Of a stretch of DNA of 63,876 bases, positions 25,681-37,480 are shown one piece after another (position 1 is the first letter of the stretch; every line of letters begins with the position of its first letter). The notes under the pieces were generated by a model. That model was not told the DNA's origin. It saw only the letters and a program-made list of their open reading frames with translations, and did not search any database. The DNA comes from Gracilinanus agilis (Eukaryota). Location: the NCBI RefSeq assembly GCF_016433145.1, contig NC_058132.1, positions 314,469,906 to 314,533,781 of the forward strand. Reading direction: 5' to 3'. A program made the position numbers and the translations under genes.

Positions 25681-26369
25681 CTGTGAAGAATGACATTAGA
25701 TGGGGAAATTTTGAAAAAAAATGGCAAAAATAAAGGGTAGGACAACAAAAGAATCTTTAGATGTTATTATTCACACTATGCAGTTAAAGTACTGCTTCAT
25801 TTCACCTGTGCTCACCAGACATTATTTTTCACTTTTTACAGTAGACACATAATAGGCATTTTCATAGTAGACTAACTCTGTTTTTTTCTTCTGATTTAGA
25901 GAGACACATGAAGACAGTGTTTCTTTTAGAGTCTGGAACCCCAAAGTGATCCTATTTTTATAGTGCTTGGCTGATACCACAACACTGTGTCTCATTACTG
26001 GCAATGTTGGACAGAAATTTTCTCTCTGAGAGATGAGGAGAGAGGTTGATAGAGATAGAACAACAAGATAGCCATCCACAGAAGTTTTGTCTTTTTTTTT
26101 TTCTTTTCATCTCTCTGCCAAAAATTGAGAAATCTGCATATCTAGAGAAGTTATTATCCTGTTGCTCTAGAATATTATGTTTTGCATCTGGGTATTATTA
26201 TTAGATTCCTTACATAGGGCTCATTTTTGAGAGATTTGTTTATTTGTATAGAATTCAGAATTTCTCCTTTTAGTCCATAGGCTTTATAAATATTAGATTT
26301 ATTAGACTGATATTGGTTCATTTTAAAACTAACCATTTACATTACAGTCCCTGTATTCTATAGGTATAG

Positions 26370-26590
26370 GAACATGGTCTCTGATTTCTTTGGTAAGTAT
26401 GACTATGAAGAAATTTTCTCCACCAATGTAGAGTTTGCCTTCTCTGCAACTTAAAGTTTAAGAGAATTGACTAACACATTGAAAGGTTAAGTTTTCCAGC
26501 ATAACATGGACTATATGTTGGAGAGGCAGTACTTGTGCACAGGTCTTTCTGACATGAAGGGCACTTCTCTATCCATTATACAATACTGTT
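26370..26590 (-). mobile_element. Marsupial CORE-SINE (Mar3/MIR3_Mars-like)
   Basis: gaaattttctccaccaatgtag...ttctctgcaacttaaag...ttctctatccattatac. Confidence 0.55.
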
Positions 26591-27021
26591 TGATAGTTTC
26601 TCTTAAATATCATTTTCTTTCTTTTGTTCTATTAGTCAATGTTTAAAGCATTCTTTGTGTCAGATTAGGTTTTTTTGTGTCAGATTAAGAAATGATGTAG
26701 TAATTATTAGATATCCTCTATTAGTCCTCATGCAATAACATACACTTTAAAAGGAATACTTAATGATATACTGTGTTGCATTTTCCTTCAATTGTTTCCA
26801 TGTATTTATACTTTGAAATTTCTACTTAAACAATTGAGACCCTTTGAATCTCCTCATTTCTTCCACTTCTCTTTTATGGACTTCATTTCTTCTACTTCTC
26901 TTTTATTACATATCATAGTGCTAGAAGAAGAATAGGTTTTCAGTAAATTTTTTGATGGACTTATTAAAGGAAATGAAATATTTAGAAATTACTCACCTAA
27001 AACAATTTAAATTGTTTAGAG

Positions 27022-27223
27022 CAGTGATGGGCAAACTTTTTTAAAAAGGGGCCAAAGGAAAGGAAATGCTCATCTGTCAGTCTGCTTCTAAGGCAACTAT
27101 TTCAAAGTTTCATTGTATTGTATCCTACTCATTGTATTCATCATATTAGGAATAATGTTGTGGCTGGATAGAACATTTCAGGGGGCGTCATCTGGCCCCC
27201 AGACTGTAGTTTTCCCATTACTG
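27022..27223. mobile_element. Non-autonomous hAT MITE, 202 bp
   Basis: TIRs cagtgatgggcaaact / agttttcccattactg (14/16); perfect 8-bp TSD gtttagag at 27014-27021 and 27224-27231. Confidence 0.95.
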
Positions 27224-27239
27224 GTTTAGAGTATAACAA

Positions 27240-27485
27240 TAATGGCTAGCTTTTATTTAATGCTTGAAGAGTTATAAAGCACTATTGAGACTTTGTTATC
27301 TCCTTTGTTCTCACAATAACCCTGGGAGGTAAGTGCTATTATTATTCCTGTGAAAACTGTCACACATTGATATTAAGTGATTTCCCTATGGCCACATTGC
27401 TATTAAGTAAATGAAAACAAATTTGAACTCAATTATTCCTGATTCCTGTTCCTGTGATTCATATTTTGTGCCACCTAGATGATTA
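27240..27485 (-). mobile_element. MIR SINE
   Basis: ctcacaataaccctgggaggtaagtgctattattattcc...atttgaactcaattattcctgattcc. Confidence 0.65.
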
Positions 27486-29489
27486 CAGAACTCTCTATCT
27501 GCCTCAGTTTCATTACAAGAGGAATTTCACATTTCAATATAGAATTTCAAAATAAGAAGAGTCTACTAAACACAGAAATTCCTAGCACTATTCTGTAGGG
27601 TGATAAGTATGTCTCAAGTCAGTCTTAAAATACAGAGGTAATACCCTGAGGACTAATTCATAGTCTATCTGTTCTCCTACATATCTTTCTCTATTGGTTT
27701 GTACAACAGAAAGCAAAGCACATTGATGAACAAAGGTAAGAAAAGATGATAAACAAACTGAAAATGATCTTTTCCGGCTATATGTCTGTAATCCAAGTCC
27801 TAAATACATATATTACCATTACATTTTTTACAAAATTATTCTTATTTTTAACAAATCTGTATTTATCTTTATTTATAGATACAGATATAAATATGTGTAT
27901 ATATGTGTACACATATATATCTCATCACATATATATATAATGCAAATATTATATATATATATACATACATACATACATATATATGTATGACCTAGAAGAG
28001 ACACACCTACACACTTCCAAATGACCTTCCAAAGAATTTGAAAATCATGTCTCAAATCAAATTCTAGAGTGAAAAAGTAACAAAAGTTTGATATAAAACA
28101 ATTTTCAATCCCAAAACAATTTAGGGGTTTGGCAGGAAAGGTCTGTATCACTGGAGTAGTAGTTTGACCTATAGTACAGTACAGCACTGGCTGAACCTTG
28201 AAGGTAGATGTGATAGAGGAAGAAGTTTAGGGAACTATCAAGCCACAGAAGTTAAGAACATCAATCACTTGCTTAAAAGGAACCAAAATGGAATCATTTC
28301 CTGAAACTAGAAGCAGGACCCTATTGCATTGCCTATATGTGGTTCAAGGTCAGAGGCCCATTGTGAAAAGGAACATTAGCACACTTGAACTTGCAGCCAC
28401 AGGGGAGCAGAGACACAGTTTCGGGGCAGAGAAGAGTACTTGGGATCACACACAGACAAAAGTACAAGCCAAGAGAGCAGAGACCACACCTCTCCTTAGA
28501 TCATGTTATCTTAGAAGTATTAAAAAACTAGTCTCTCAGAACTAGCTCTGAAAGTAACAGCATGAAAAATTGAAAAGTTTGATCAGTAGCTTCTATGCCC
28601 TAGGAAAAGTCAAACTTTAACACAAAGTTAAAAGTGAATATAGAGGATGGAAAAATGAGGAAGCAAAAATAAATACAACCATAGAAAGTTATATTCACAG
28701 GGAAAATCAAGACGAAAATTCAGAAAAATCCAATAATGTCAAAACAACTGTATGCAAAGCACAAAATCAAAAAATGTGAAATAAACAGATGCCTAAAAAG
28801 AATTCATAGAAGACCTAAAAAAGATTTTTAAAATCAAGAAAGGTCAAGGAAAAACTGGGAAAGAAATGAGAGAGACGAAAGAACATGATGAAAACAGAGT
28901 CAAGAGCTTGGTAAAAGCAGTATATACACCCTGAAACTAATGAGGAAGGAAAAAGCAAACTATACAAAACAGAATTGACCAAATGGTAAAAAAAAAAAGG
29001 TACAAAATCCACTAAAAGGAAGAATTCATTAAAAAGTAGTACTGGTCAGATACAGGAAGGTGGGTGAGGTGATAGGGGAGATAAAATGAAACACAGAATA
29101 AAAGAATTCTTTAAAAAGTAGAATCAACCAAATAGAAAAATGTGGTACAAAAGCTCACTGAAGAAAATAATTTGTTAAAAATTAGAATTGAGCAAATGGA
29201 AGCTAATGACTGTCTGAGATATTAAGAAATAATAAAAGAAAATCAAAAGAATGGAACAAAAGACCAAGAAACTTTAATATCTCATTCGAAATACAATTGA
29301 CCTTGAAAAAAGATCAAGGATAGGCGCATTAAGAATTATTGTAGTATCAAAATGCCATGATCAAAAAATAGCCTAGGTTTCATATTTCAAGAAGTATTTT
29401 TAAAGAAAACTGTCTTAATATCCTAGAACCAGAAGGCAAAATAGAAATTTAAATAATCTACCAATAGTCTCTTGCAAAAGATCGTCAAA

Positions 29490-29711
29490 TGACAATGACA
29501 AATGTTGAAGGAGATGTGGAAAAATTGAGACACTAATGCAAATTGAGACACTAATGCCCTATTGAGGAAATTATAAACTGATTCAGGTGTTCTTGAGGGT
29601 AATTTGGAAATATACCCAGAACAGTTACTTTGAGTTGACAATATCACTACTAGGTATATACCCTGGAGAAATTAAAATAGAAAAGAAAAGGATCTATGCC
29701 TAACACATAAC

Positions 29712-29767
<56 letters not shown>

Positions 29768-29915
29768 TTAGAAAGTGAGTGTATTCCCATCAATTGGGGA
29801 ATGACTGAACAAATAGCAATATATTGTTGTAATGGAATATTATTGTGCTATAAGAAATGATGTGCATTATGATTTCAGAAAACCCCCAAAAGATTTATAT
29901 GAACTGCTGCAGAAA
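29490..29915 (+). mobile_element. L1 ORF2 3' fragment nested in ORF1; contains an 18-bp tandem duplication and (TG)24
   Basis: aaatgttgaaggagatgtggaaaaattgagacactaatgc; aaattgagacactaatgc x2 at 29522-29557. Confidence 0.8.
29714..29761. repeat. (TG)24 microsatellite
   Basis: Directly visible. Confidence 0.95.
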
Positions 29916-30537
29916 AGAAAGGTAAATATCACTTCCATCTGGGCCTACAAGGATCAGTTCACTTCGACCTAGACTGTCCTGGGCTAGGACGCTTGAGGTG
30001 TCTCTAGAGGTGATCCTGAAAATGATCTAGGGAAGGAGCCCCTGTTCCCTGAATACAGTAAGCATTCTTAAAGAGTACCAGTCACAGGGGAAAAGGTTTG
30101 ATTTATCTTACTGATTCAAACAAGTTAAAGCAGGGCCATTTATATTGAAAATAGTATTTAGAACAAGAGATCTAGCTCTGCAGACCACATAGGATCTCTC
30201 AAAGCCATTGTTTTAAAAAAGCATTAACAAGGAAAACTTACTGCAATTTGTGAGAAAGAAACAATTCAGATATCAAGGAGCACCAATAAGGATTACTCAG
30301 GATCTGGCAGTATCCACACTGAAGGACCAGAAGACATGGGATACAATATTCCCAAAGGCAAGGGAACTGGGTCTATAACCAAGAATCAATTACCCAGAAA
30401 AATTGACTATATTCTTTCATTGGAAAGTATGGTAATTTAATAAATTAGAAGATTTCCAAGCATTCCTAAAAAAACAACCAGACCTAAACAGAAAATTTGA
30501 TGCCCAAATACAGAATTCAAGAGAAACATAAAAAGGA

Positions 30538-30992
30538 ATGATGAACTGGAGGAATTCCATGTGAACTGCAAACACTTCCAGGAATTGATGCAGAGAAAAA
30601 TGAGCAGAACCAGAAGAACCTTGTTCACAGAGACTGATACATTATGGCACAATAGAATATAATAGATTTCTCTACTAGCAACAATGCAATTATCCAGGAT
30701 AATACTAAGAAACTTATGAGAAAGAAAACTATCCACATCCAGAGAAAGAACTGTGGGAGTAGAAACGCAGAAGAAAAACATATGTTTCAGTGGGGATATG
30801 ATTGGATTTTTGGCTTTAAAGATCACTGTATTGCATCTATGAATAATATGGAAATAGATTTTGAACAATGATACATGTATAACTCAATGGAATTGCTTGT
30901 CAGCTTGAGGAGGGGGGAGGGAAGAGGGGTGTGAAAAATCATGATTCAAGTAACCATGGCAAAATATTCTCAATTAATTAATTAATTAAAAA
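30538..30992 (+). mobile_element. 5'-truncated opossum-type L1 3' end
   Basis: aatgatgaactggaggaattccatgtgaactg...catgattcaagtaaccatgg; tail (aatt)n aaaaa. Confidence 0.85.
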
Positions 30993-31074
30993 TAGAAAGA
31001 GAATGTTATCAAAGGAATCTGTTCCTGGCCAAGAAATATAATAGTAGGGGGCTGAACTAGATTAACTTCATAAT

Positions 31075-32297
31075 TCTGTTTGATAAATTACAAAGTACAA
31101 ACTTTTTGGCTAAGAACTAACAGTTTCATGAAAATTACTGGTAAACAGGATAGCAGTTTGGCAGAAATTAAGCACAGCCTAACACCTCTTACCATGTGAT
31201 AGGTAACATATGGAATAACTGAGGAAACCAAGCTTTGAACTCACCCTAAATTCCCTTCCACCTTGGAGAATCCATTGTCTTTCCCCTAATAAGAAATCAA
31301 ACTATCTAACTTTATATTGGTTTATATTCTGTTAATTGTTTTTTCTTGATGAATGAAAATCTGTTTCCCCCTGTATTTAAGGTTCATTTCAAGACTGAGG
31401 GAGCATGCAGTGAGAAAAATCCCTCCTGGATCTATATGCCAAAGACAACTATATGTACATAAATATGGGAGAAAAGAAAAGCAAGTTTCCATCAAGTTGG
31501 AGGGGATGAATGACTTTTGAGTTACTTCCTTTCTCATAATTAGGAAATACTGATTAATCATATACCCCTTTATTTTAAAAAAAATAATAAATGGCTTATA
31601 CTATTTCCTCATGAATAATTTGCAAAAAACAAGAATGAGGGTGATATATATGCCAGCACAAGATGGGTCAGTGTTTATAAGCCAGAAGCTGACTGGTACT
31701 CTCAATTCTCAAACTAAATAAATTCTATTTTGCAACTGACCTTTAAGGTATTTCAATTTCAAGATACAGTCAAAATGGATAAATGATTCAGATATAAATT
31801 AGAAGGAAAACATGAAAGAAAAAAATTACAAGTTTCTCTGAAAAAGGCCTCATTTCTCAATAAGGAACTGAGCCAAATTCATTAAAATAAGAGCCATAAT
31901 CAAAGAACATAAACAGGCAATTTTAAGAAGAAGAAATCAAAAACAGGCATAGTAATTGCAAAAAGTTTTAAATTACTACTGATTAGAGCAATGTAAAATT
32001 AAAATAATTTTGTGATTCTTTTAATACCTCAAAACTCTCAGAATGGCTAATATGACAAAAAAAGCATAATGGCAAATGCTGAAGATGTGGAAAAATTGGA
32101 ACACAATGACTGTTTGTAGAGTTGCCAATTAACTCAACTATTCTGAAGAGTTTGGAACTATAACCAAAGGGCTATTAAATTGACAATATCCTTTGTTCCA
32201 TCAATACCACAACTAGGTCTATATCCCCAATAAAGAAAAGGAAAAGGAAAAGGAAAAGGACCCAAGTGTACAAAATATTGATAGCAGTTCTTTTTCT

Positions 32298-32337
<40 letters not shown>

Positions 32338-32860
32338 CAAAGATTTAGAAATTGGGAAGATGTTTAATTGAGAATGGCTCAACAAGTTGTGGTATATAAT
32401 TTGACAGAATACTATTGTGCTATAAAAATATGAGCAAGATGATTTCAGAAAAATCTGGAAAGATTTATATGAATTGACATAAAATGAAGTAACCGAGCCA
32501 GGAGAACATTGTACAAAGAAACAAAATATTGTTCTGATCTAGACAATGATCCAAGACAATTGCAAAGAACATATGGTAAAATATGCTATCCATTACCAGA
32601 GAAAAAATTGATTTAGTCTGACAGGAGATAAAAACATACTTTTTTACTTTATTTTTGTAGTTCCTTTTTATGTCCATTTTCTTTTGGAACATGGCAAATT
32701 TGGAAATAGGTTTTGCATGATTTTACATCTATAATGTATAGAAAACTGTTTGCCTTTTCAAGAAAAGATGAGGAGGAGAGAGTTTGGAAGGGAATTTAGA
32801 AATCAAAATTTTTTAAAAAGCTAAAAATTGTTTTTTCCTCCAAAGATAGGAAAAAAATAA
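31075..32860 (+). mobile_element. L1 ORF2 3' half and 3' UTR, interrupted by an LTR and microsatellites
   Basis: aactggtaaacaggatagcagtttggcagaaatta; cagtcaaaatggataaatga; gaatactattgtgctataaaaa. Confidence 0.8.
31195..31755 (+). mobile_element. Solo LTR inserted in L1
   Basis: TG...CA ends; tttataag near 31675; aataaa near 31717; L1 ORF2 is continuous across it. Confidence 0.6.
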
Positions 32861-33725
32861 ATCATTCATTCCAGAGTCTGGACACATGTGTGTCTACTGT
32901 TTGCTATAATCTCCTGGAAATATTGAAATTTTATACCACAAAATAAATATGCTCCACAGAGAACAGAATTTTCTGGAAGCCAAAATGAGTGAAATTTGTT
33001 CTTAAAAGATCACATTAGAAAGTATGTCTAGGTAGCTTTCTATCTTACCTATGCTTTATTCCTGGGCCTTTCTAGTACATCATGTGTCTTAAAATGAGGC
33101 ATTTACCCAACTGCTGAGCATAAAAAACTAGGGCTGAAAAAGAGTATTCCAGATTTCAAGTCTAGCATTATTTATAAGCTACTTCACAACACACAGGAAT
33201 AGACATATTTACTTTGTAAAAGTAAAAAAGAAGGGGAAAGCATTTTGGAGACCAAGCCAGATGTTTCAAATTATTATGCTGTATGGACATAATCCAAATA
33301 AATTGCAAGTTCTGTGATGGCAAGAACCTCACCATATCTCTTTTATATCCTTTGCAGTACTTAACACATGATCTTGAACATTACAGTAAAAATTTCCTGG
33401 TTGTTTATTGCCTGATATTCAAACAAGCAACCAACAGCATCAATTAGATTCTATTTTTTTAATTACTATCTTTTCCATTATGACTCCAGAATATCTTTTA
33501 CATGTGATTCCGTTTTTCCAGTGATACTACTACCACAAGTTCATCATCTCTTTCCTAGAATATTTCAACAGCCTTTTAATTGGTCTTCCTTCTGCCAGTC
33601 TTTTCCCTCTCCATTCTACACCATGACAAATTGAAATTCCTGAATCACATGTCTATGCTATCCCTCAAAAATCTCAGGTAATGTCCTATCCCTAAAATAA
33701 AATGTAAACTCATTCCTTTAATATT

Positions 33726-33925
33726 TTTTTCTTTTTTTTATGAATTTTTTAAACCCTTAACTTCTGTGTATTGGTTCCTTGGTGGAAGAGTGGGAAGGTT
33801 GGGCAGTGGGGGTCAAGTGACTTGTCCAGAGTCACACAGCTGGGAAGTGTCAGAGGCCGGATTTAAACCTAGGACCTCCAGTCTCTAGGACTGACTCTCA
33901 ATCCACTGAGCTACCCAGCTGCCCT
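33726..33925 (-). mobile_element. Young SINE-1_Mdo-type SINE with 17-bp TSD
   Basis: TSD ctcattcctttaatatt at 33709-33725 and 33926-33942. Confidence 0.95.
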
Positions 33926-34169
33926 CTCATTCCTTTAATATTAAAAGCCCTTCATAATCAACATCTTGCCTTCCTTTCTAGTCTTTCTAACCCTAATTCA
34001 CCCATACACATTCCTTCCCACTGGCCTTCTAAAAGAGCTCTTTCATATTCAGGCCCTCCCTTCTACCACAGCTACAATATTTTTCTCTTAGTTTATATGT
34101 TTTTCTATTTTCTATACATCTTGTATGAACTTGTATTTTTGCAGATTTTTCTCTGACATTAGAATGTAA

Positions 34170-34334
34170 TTTTTTTAACCATTACCTTCTAACTTATAGT
34201 CAAAATATTGGTTCCAACACAGAAGAGTGGTAAGGGCTGGGCAATTGGAGTTAAGTGACTTACTCAGGGACAGCTAAGAAGGATGTCCTGTTTCCAAACC
34301 TAACATTCTATCTACTGAGCCACCTTGTTTCCCC
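34170..34334 (-). mobile_element. Older SINE-1_Mdo-type SINE, internally deleted
   Basis: Flanks tagaatgtaa / tagaatataa; cagaagagtggtaagggctgggcaattggagttaagtgactt. Confidence 0.85.
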
Positions 34335-35131
34335 TAGAATATAAAATAGTTGAGGGCAAGAATTGTTTTTACCTTTATTTGTATTTCCAATATAGTGATT
34401 GGCACATAGCAAATGTTTAATAAGTGTCTGTTGATTTCGTTGAATGCCTTGACTACTTGTTCTCCATTTATGACATGCTCACTCCAATCTCCAATTACTA
34501 TTTAGGTTTTTCACTGGACCCAGAATTTTTTTTTCCTAATCTCTTGTCATAGAATACTTAATTCCTTTTATGACCCAGCTCAAGTGTTAACTCCAACAGA
34601 AGCCTCACTTCATTCTCTCTTTATTGCTAGTGTACTGCTAACCCCAATAAATAATTTGGCAATGTAAACTTCCTAATAGTTGGAAATGTTTTGTTTTTGT
34701 CATTAACTCCAATGCCTAGAATAGTGTCTTGCATTAAACAAGTGATTAATAAAAGATTATTGATCAACTTAAGGAATGATATAACAAGAACATAGATTTA
34801 CTCAGTGGTAATATTTGTCCCAATGAAATTGAAAGTACAATTAAAATAAATACTGAGACAGGGCCCAGACATTTTTTTAAATTTTAGGAAACTAGTGAAG
34901 CAGTCATAATCAATACCATAATCAATGTCTTCGTAGGCCTAGACAATCACTGAAACTCTAGTGGATGGTCTTATGTTAACATTTCAATCAGTCCTGTCAT
35001 TCATAAATGCAACTGACTGAAACATCTGTAAAATCAAAAGGATACTTAGAGATCTTAGAGAACCATCATGATTCTATAACTAAAAGTCACCTTAGAGTAA
35101 GTAGAAATGCATAACCTTCTACACTATTATA

Positions 35132-35600
35132 TTGCTGTTGTTGAGTCATTCAATTGTTTCTGAATGCTTTTTTTTTAAACCCTTATCTTCCACTTCAGAA
35201 TCAATTTATGTATTGGTTCCAAGAGAGAAGTGGCAAGGGCTAGCAATTTGGGGGGTTGTAACTTGCTAAGGGTCACAAAGCTAGGAACTATTTGAAGCCA
35301 GATTTAAACACAGGACCTCTCATTTTTTAGGCCTAGATCTCAATCCACTGAGCCACCTACCTACTCCCTGTATCTGATTCTTTGTGATCTCATGGACCAT
35401 AGTGCACTGATCCTGTCCATGGGGTTTTCTTGGAAAAAAATTCTGGAGTAGTTCGCTATTTCCTTTTCCAGTGGATTAATGTAAAGAAGAAGATAATTAG
35501 CTTCCACAGGATCACATAGTGAGTATTTGAGATCAGATTTGAACTCAGGTCTTCTTGACTCCAGTCCTACCACTCTATCCACTAATCTATCTAACTGCCC
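35132..35600 (-). mobile_element. MAR1-type CORE-SINE with a SINE-1_Mdo-type copy (35168-35368) nested in its tail
   Basis: RTE-like tail ccatggggttttcttggaaaaaaattctggagtagttcgctatttccttttccagtgga; B box agatttgaactcagg. Confidence 0.85.
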
Positions 35601-36559
35601 TTACATAATTGTAGTTATTTGTATCTGGAGGGAGTAGGAACTGTATTTCAACTCGGAAGACCTAGGTTATAACTTTAGGTAATTTATTTTACTTTTCTAG
35701 GTTATCTCACATTAAATATCAGGGTATGGAACATCAGGTTAATTGTTATCCATTTCAGTTCAAATTCTCACTTTTCTCAACTCCAGAAGGTGAGAATTTT
35801 AATTCTTAAACTATAATGCTTGAACTGCAAAGAGTTAGAAAGTTACAAAAGGGAATGTGTTTGAAAGCTTTCAGAGATGTCATGTTAATCTATAAAGAAT
35901 GATAAATGGAAACAAAATATAAGATTTTGAATCTAATATATAATAATTCTTCTGGGGCCTAGGATGAGTCACTTGACCTCACTGTGCCTCAAATTCCTCA
36001 TTTTTCAAATGGAAGCAAATGGCCTATCAATCCCCTTTCAACTCTCTTTTCGAACCTATGATTAAGTTTAAATGATAGTGATTAGCGACTTTCTTCTTTT
36101 AAGTATTTTTGTGATATTATGAATATTTGGGGAATTTTGTCTTCCATAATAATTCTTAATATGATTTGATAAAACTTTGTGTAATTCATTAGCTCATTTC
36201 ATAGTTATGATGATCTTTGAGGCAGGCATTTCAACCATTTTTCAGATAAAGTACATGAAGAATTTAGCTCTTAAGTGACCTTCTTGAGGTGCCTTGTAAG
36301 ATGATTACCATTATCCTCCACTTTCTAAATAAAATTCTTGACTACAACAACTGCTCTTAATATTTAGGATGGAAATACTTTGTAATGTGGAGTTTACTAA
36401 GTTCTGAGGCAACACATTAAGCCCCTGTTAAGTGGACCTTTCTAATTATTAGAAATATCCTCCCCCCCCCTTCCTTTTTACCAAGTCTAAACACCTAACT
36501 TCCAAATGCCATTGTTCCAAGTTCTGTCTTACAGGATTAGGTGTAGAAATAAAATGCAA

Positions 36560-37480
36560 AATAAATATAATTAGTTAAGACCAAGGTAGTTAGGACAGGA
36601 AAAAATGAGAAATTTTAGGTGATGAGAAAAGACATCATTTGAAAGATGATGTTTTAGTTGAGTCTCATGAAAGTGAGTGTATAGGAAGAAAACTGTGAGG
36701 GAATAAATTCAAGGCATAGTACATGACCATTGTGAAGGTATGGAGATGGAGGATGTAGTGCCATGTATACAGAATAGAGAGACCATATCTATACAGAAAG
36801 CTTCCAGTTTTTCCAAAGTGATCTTATCTTGGGCACAATCTGATTATTATTTCCTGGTTTTAATTCTGCAAGTTCCTGACCTGAGTTTGGGTCTGAGCAA
36901 GAGAAGACTGTTACCAGACTCAGCAGTGATCAGTTAGATGGAAAACTTCTGGTTGAGAATGATAGAAATGCATACTACCTTTTAGTCTAGAATTCTTGCC
37001 ATGGTTGTATCTCTGAATCCCTCAGACTGGGATGATTGCAAATAATGCCACTCTCTGCTCTTGGTATCTTAACCATAGCATTGCTGCTTTCATCTGAACC
37101 TGCCCCTCTTTTTGAACATCATCTATATCTCATGGTAGCTCCTGACCATCAAATACTACTCCTTTGAGAGAAATTCTCCTCAGTCTAATACAGATATGCC
37201 ACGTGAAATGAGGTGAGGGAAACCAGAGCTACCAGAATGGAATGGACTTGATCTTGTCTTGGTTTCCCAGTATGTATCTGGGACCGCCTAATGTCCTTGG
37301 CTGCTGTAATGAAACCAGTCTGGGGTGCTTTTAGCCATTTTGAGGACTGCTCTCAGTCCACAGACCTCCATGTCTATTTCCCTATATTGACTTTGGATAG
37401 AAAATGACTCAATGTTGCTTTATCTTGTATTTTCCCATCAGTGTTCAACAGTCTGATTCATTTTCTAGATCTATTAGAAG
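36560..37480 (-). mobile_element. Ancient LINE remnant, probably L2
   Basis: L2-like reverse motifs at 36600-36950; weak STPDWFHY match to L2 ADWVHY further right. Confidence 0.3.

Larger units (their letters stand above)
28130..30530 (+). mobile_element. L1 5' UTR plus ORF1, interrupted at about 29490-30190
   Basis: Coiled-coil-type ORF1 sequence at 28640-29470; C-term KQFRYQGAPIRITQDLAVSTLKDQKTW...DLNRKFDAQIQNSRET at 30250-30530. Confidence 0.85.
33420..34760 (+). mobile_element. L2 3' fragments with two nested SINEs
   Basis: cctagaatatttcaacagccttttaattggtcttccttctgccagtc; gattggcacatagcaaatgtttaataagtg. Confidence 0.6.

Noticed and set aside
26364-26392. 29-nt plus micro-exon ending in gtaagt
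   Set aside because: It lies at the edge of a CORE-SINE whose sequence supplies the motif.
30437-30868. Longest ORF in the track (143 aa, minus)
   Set aside because: It is an antisense read-through of L1 ORF1 end plus L1 3' end.
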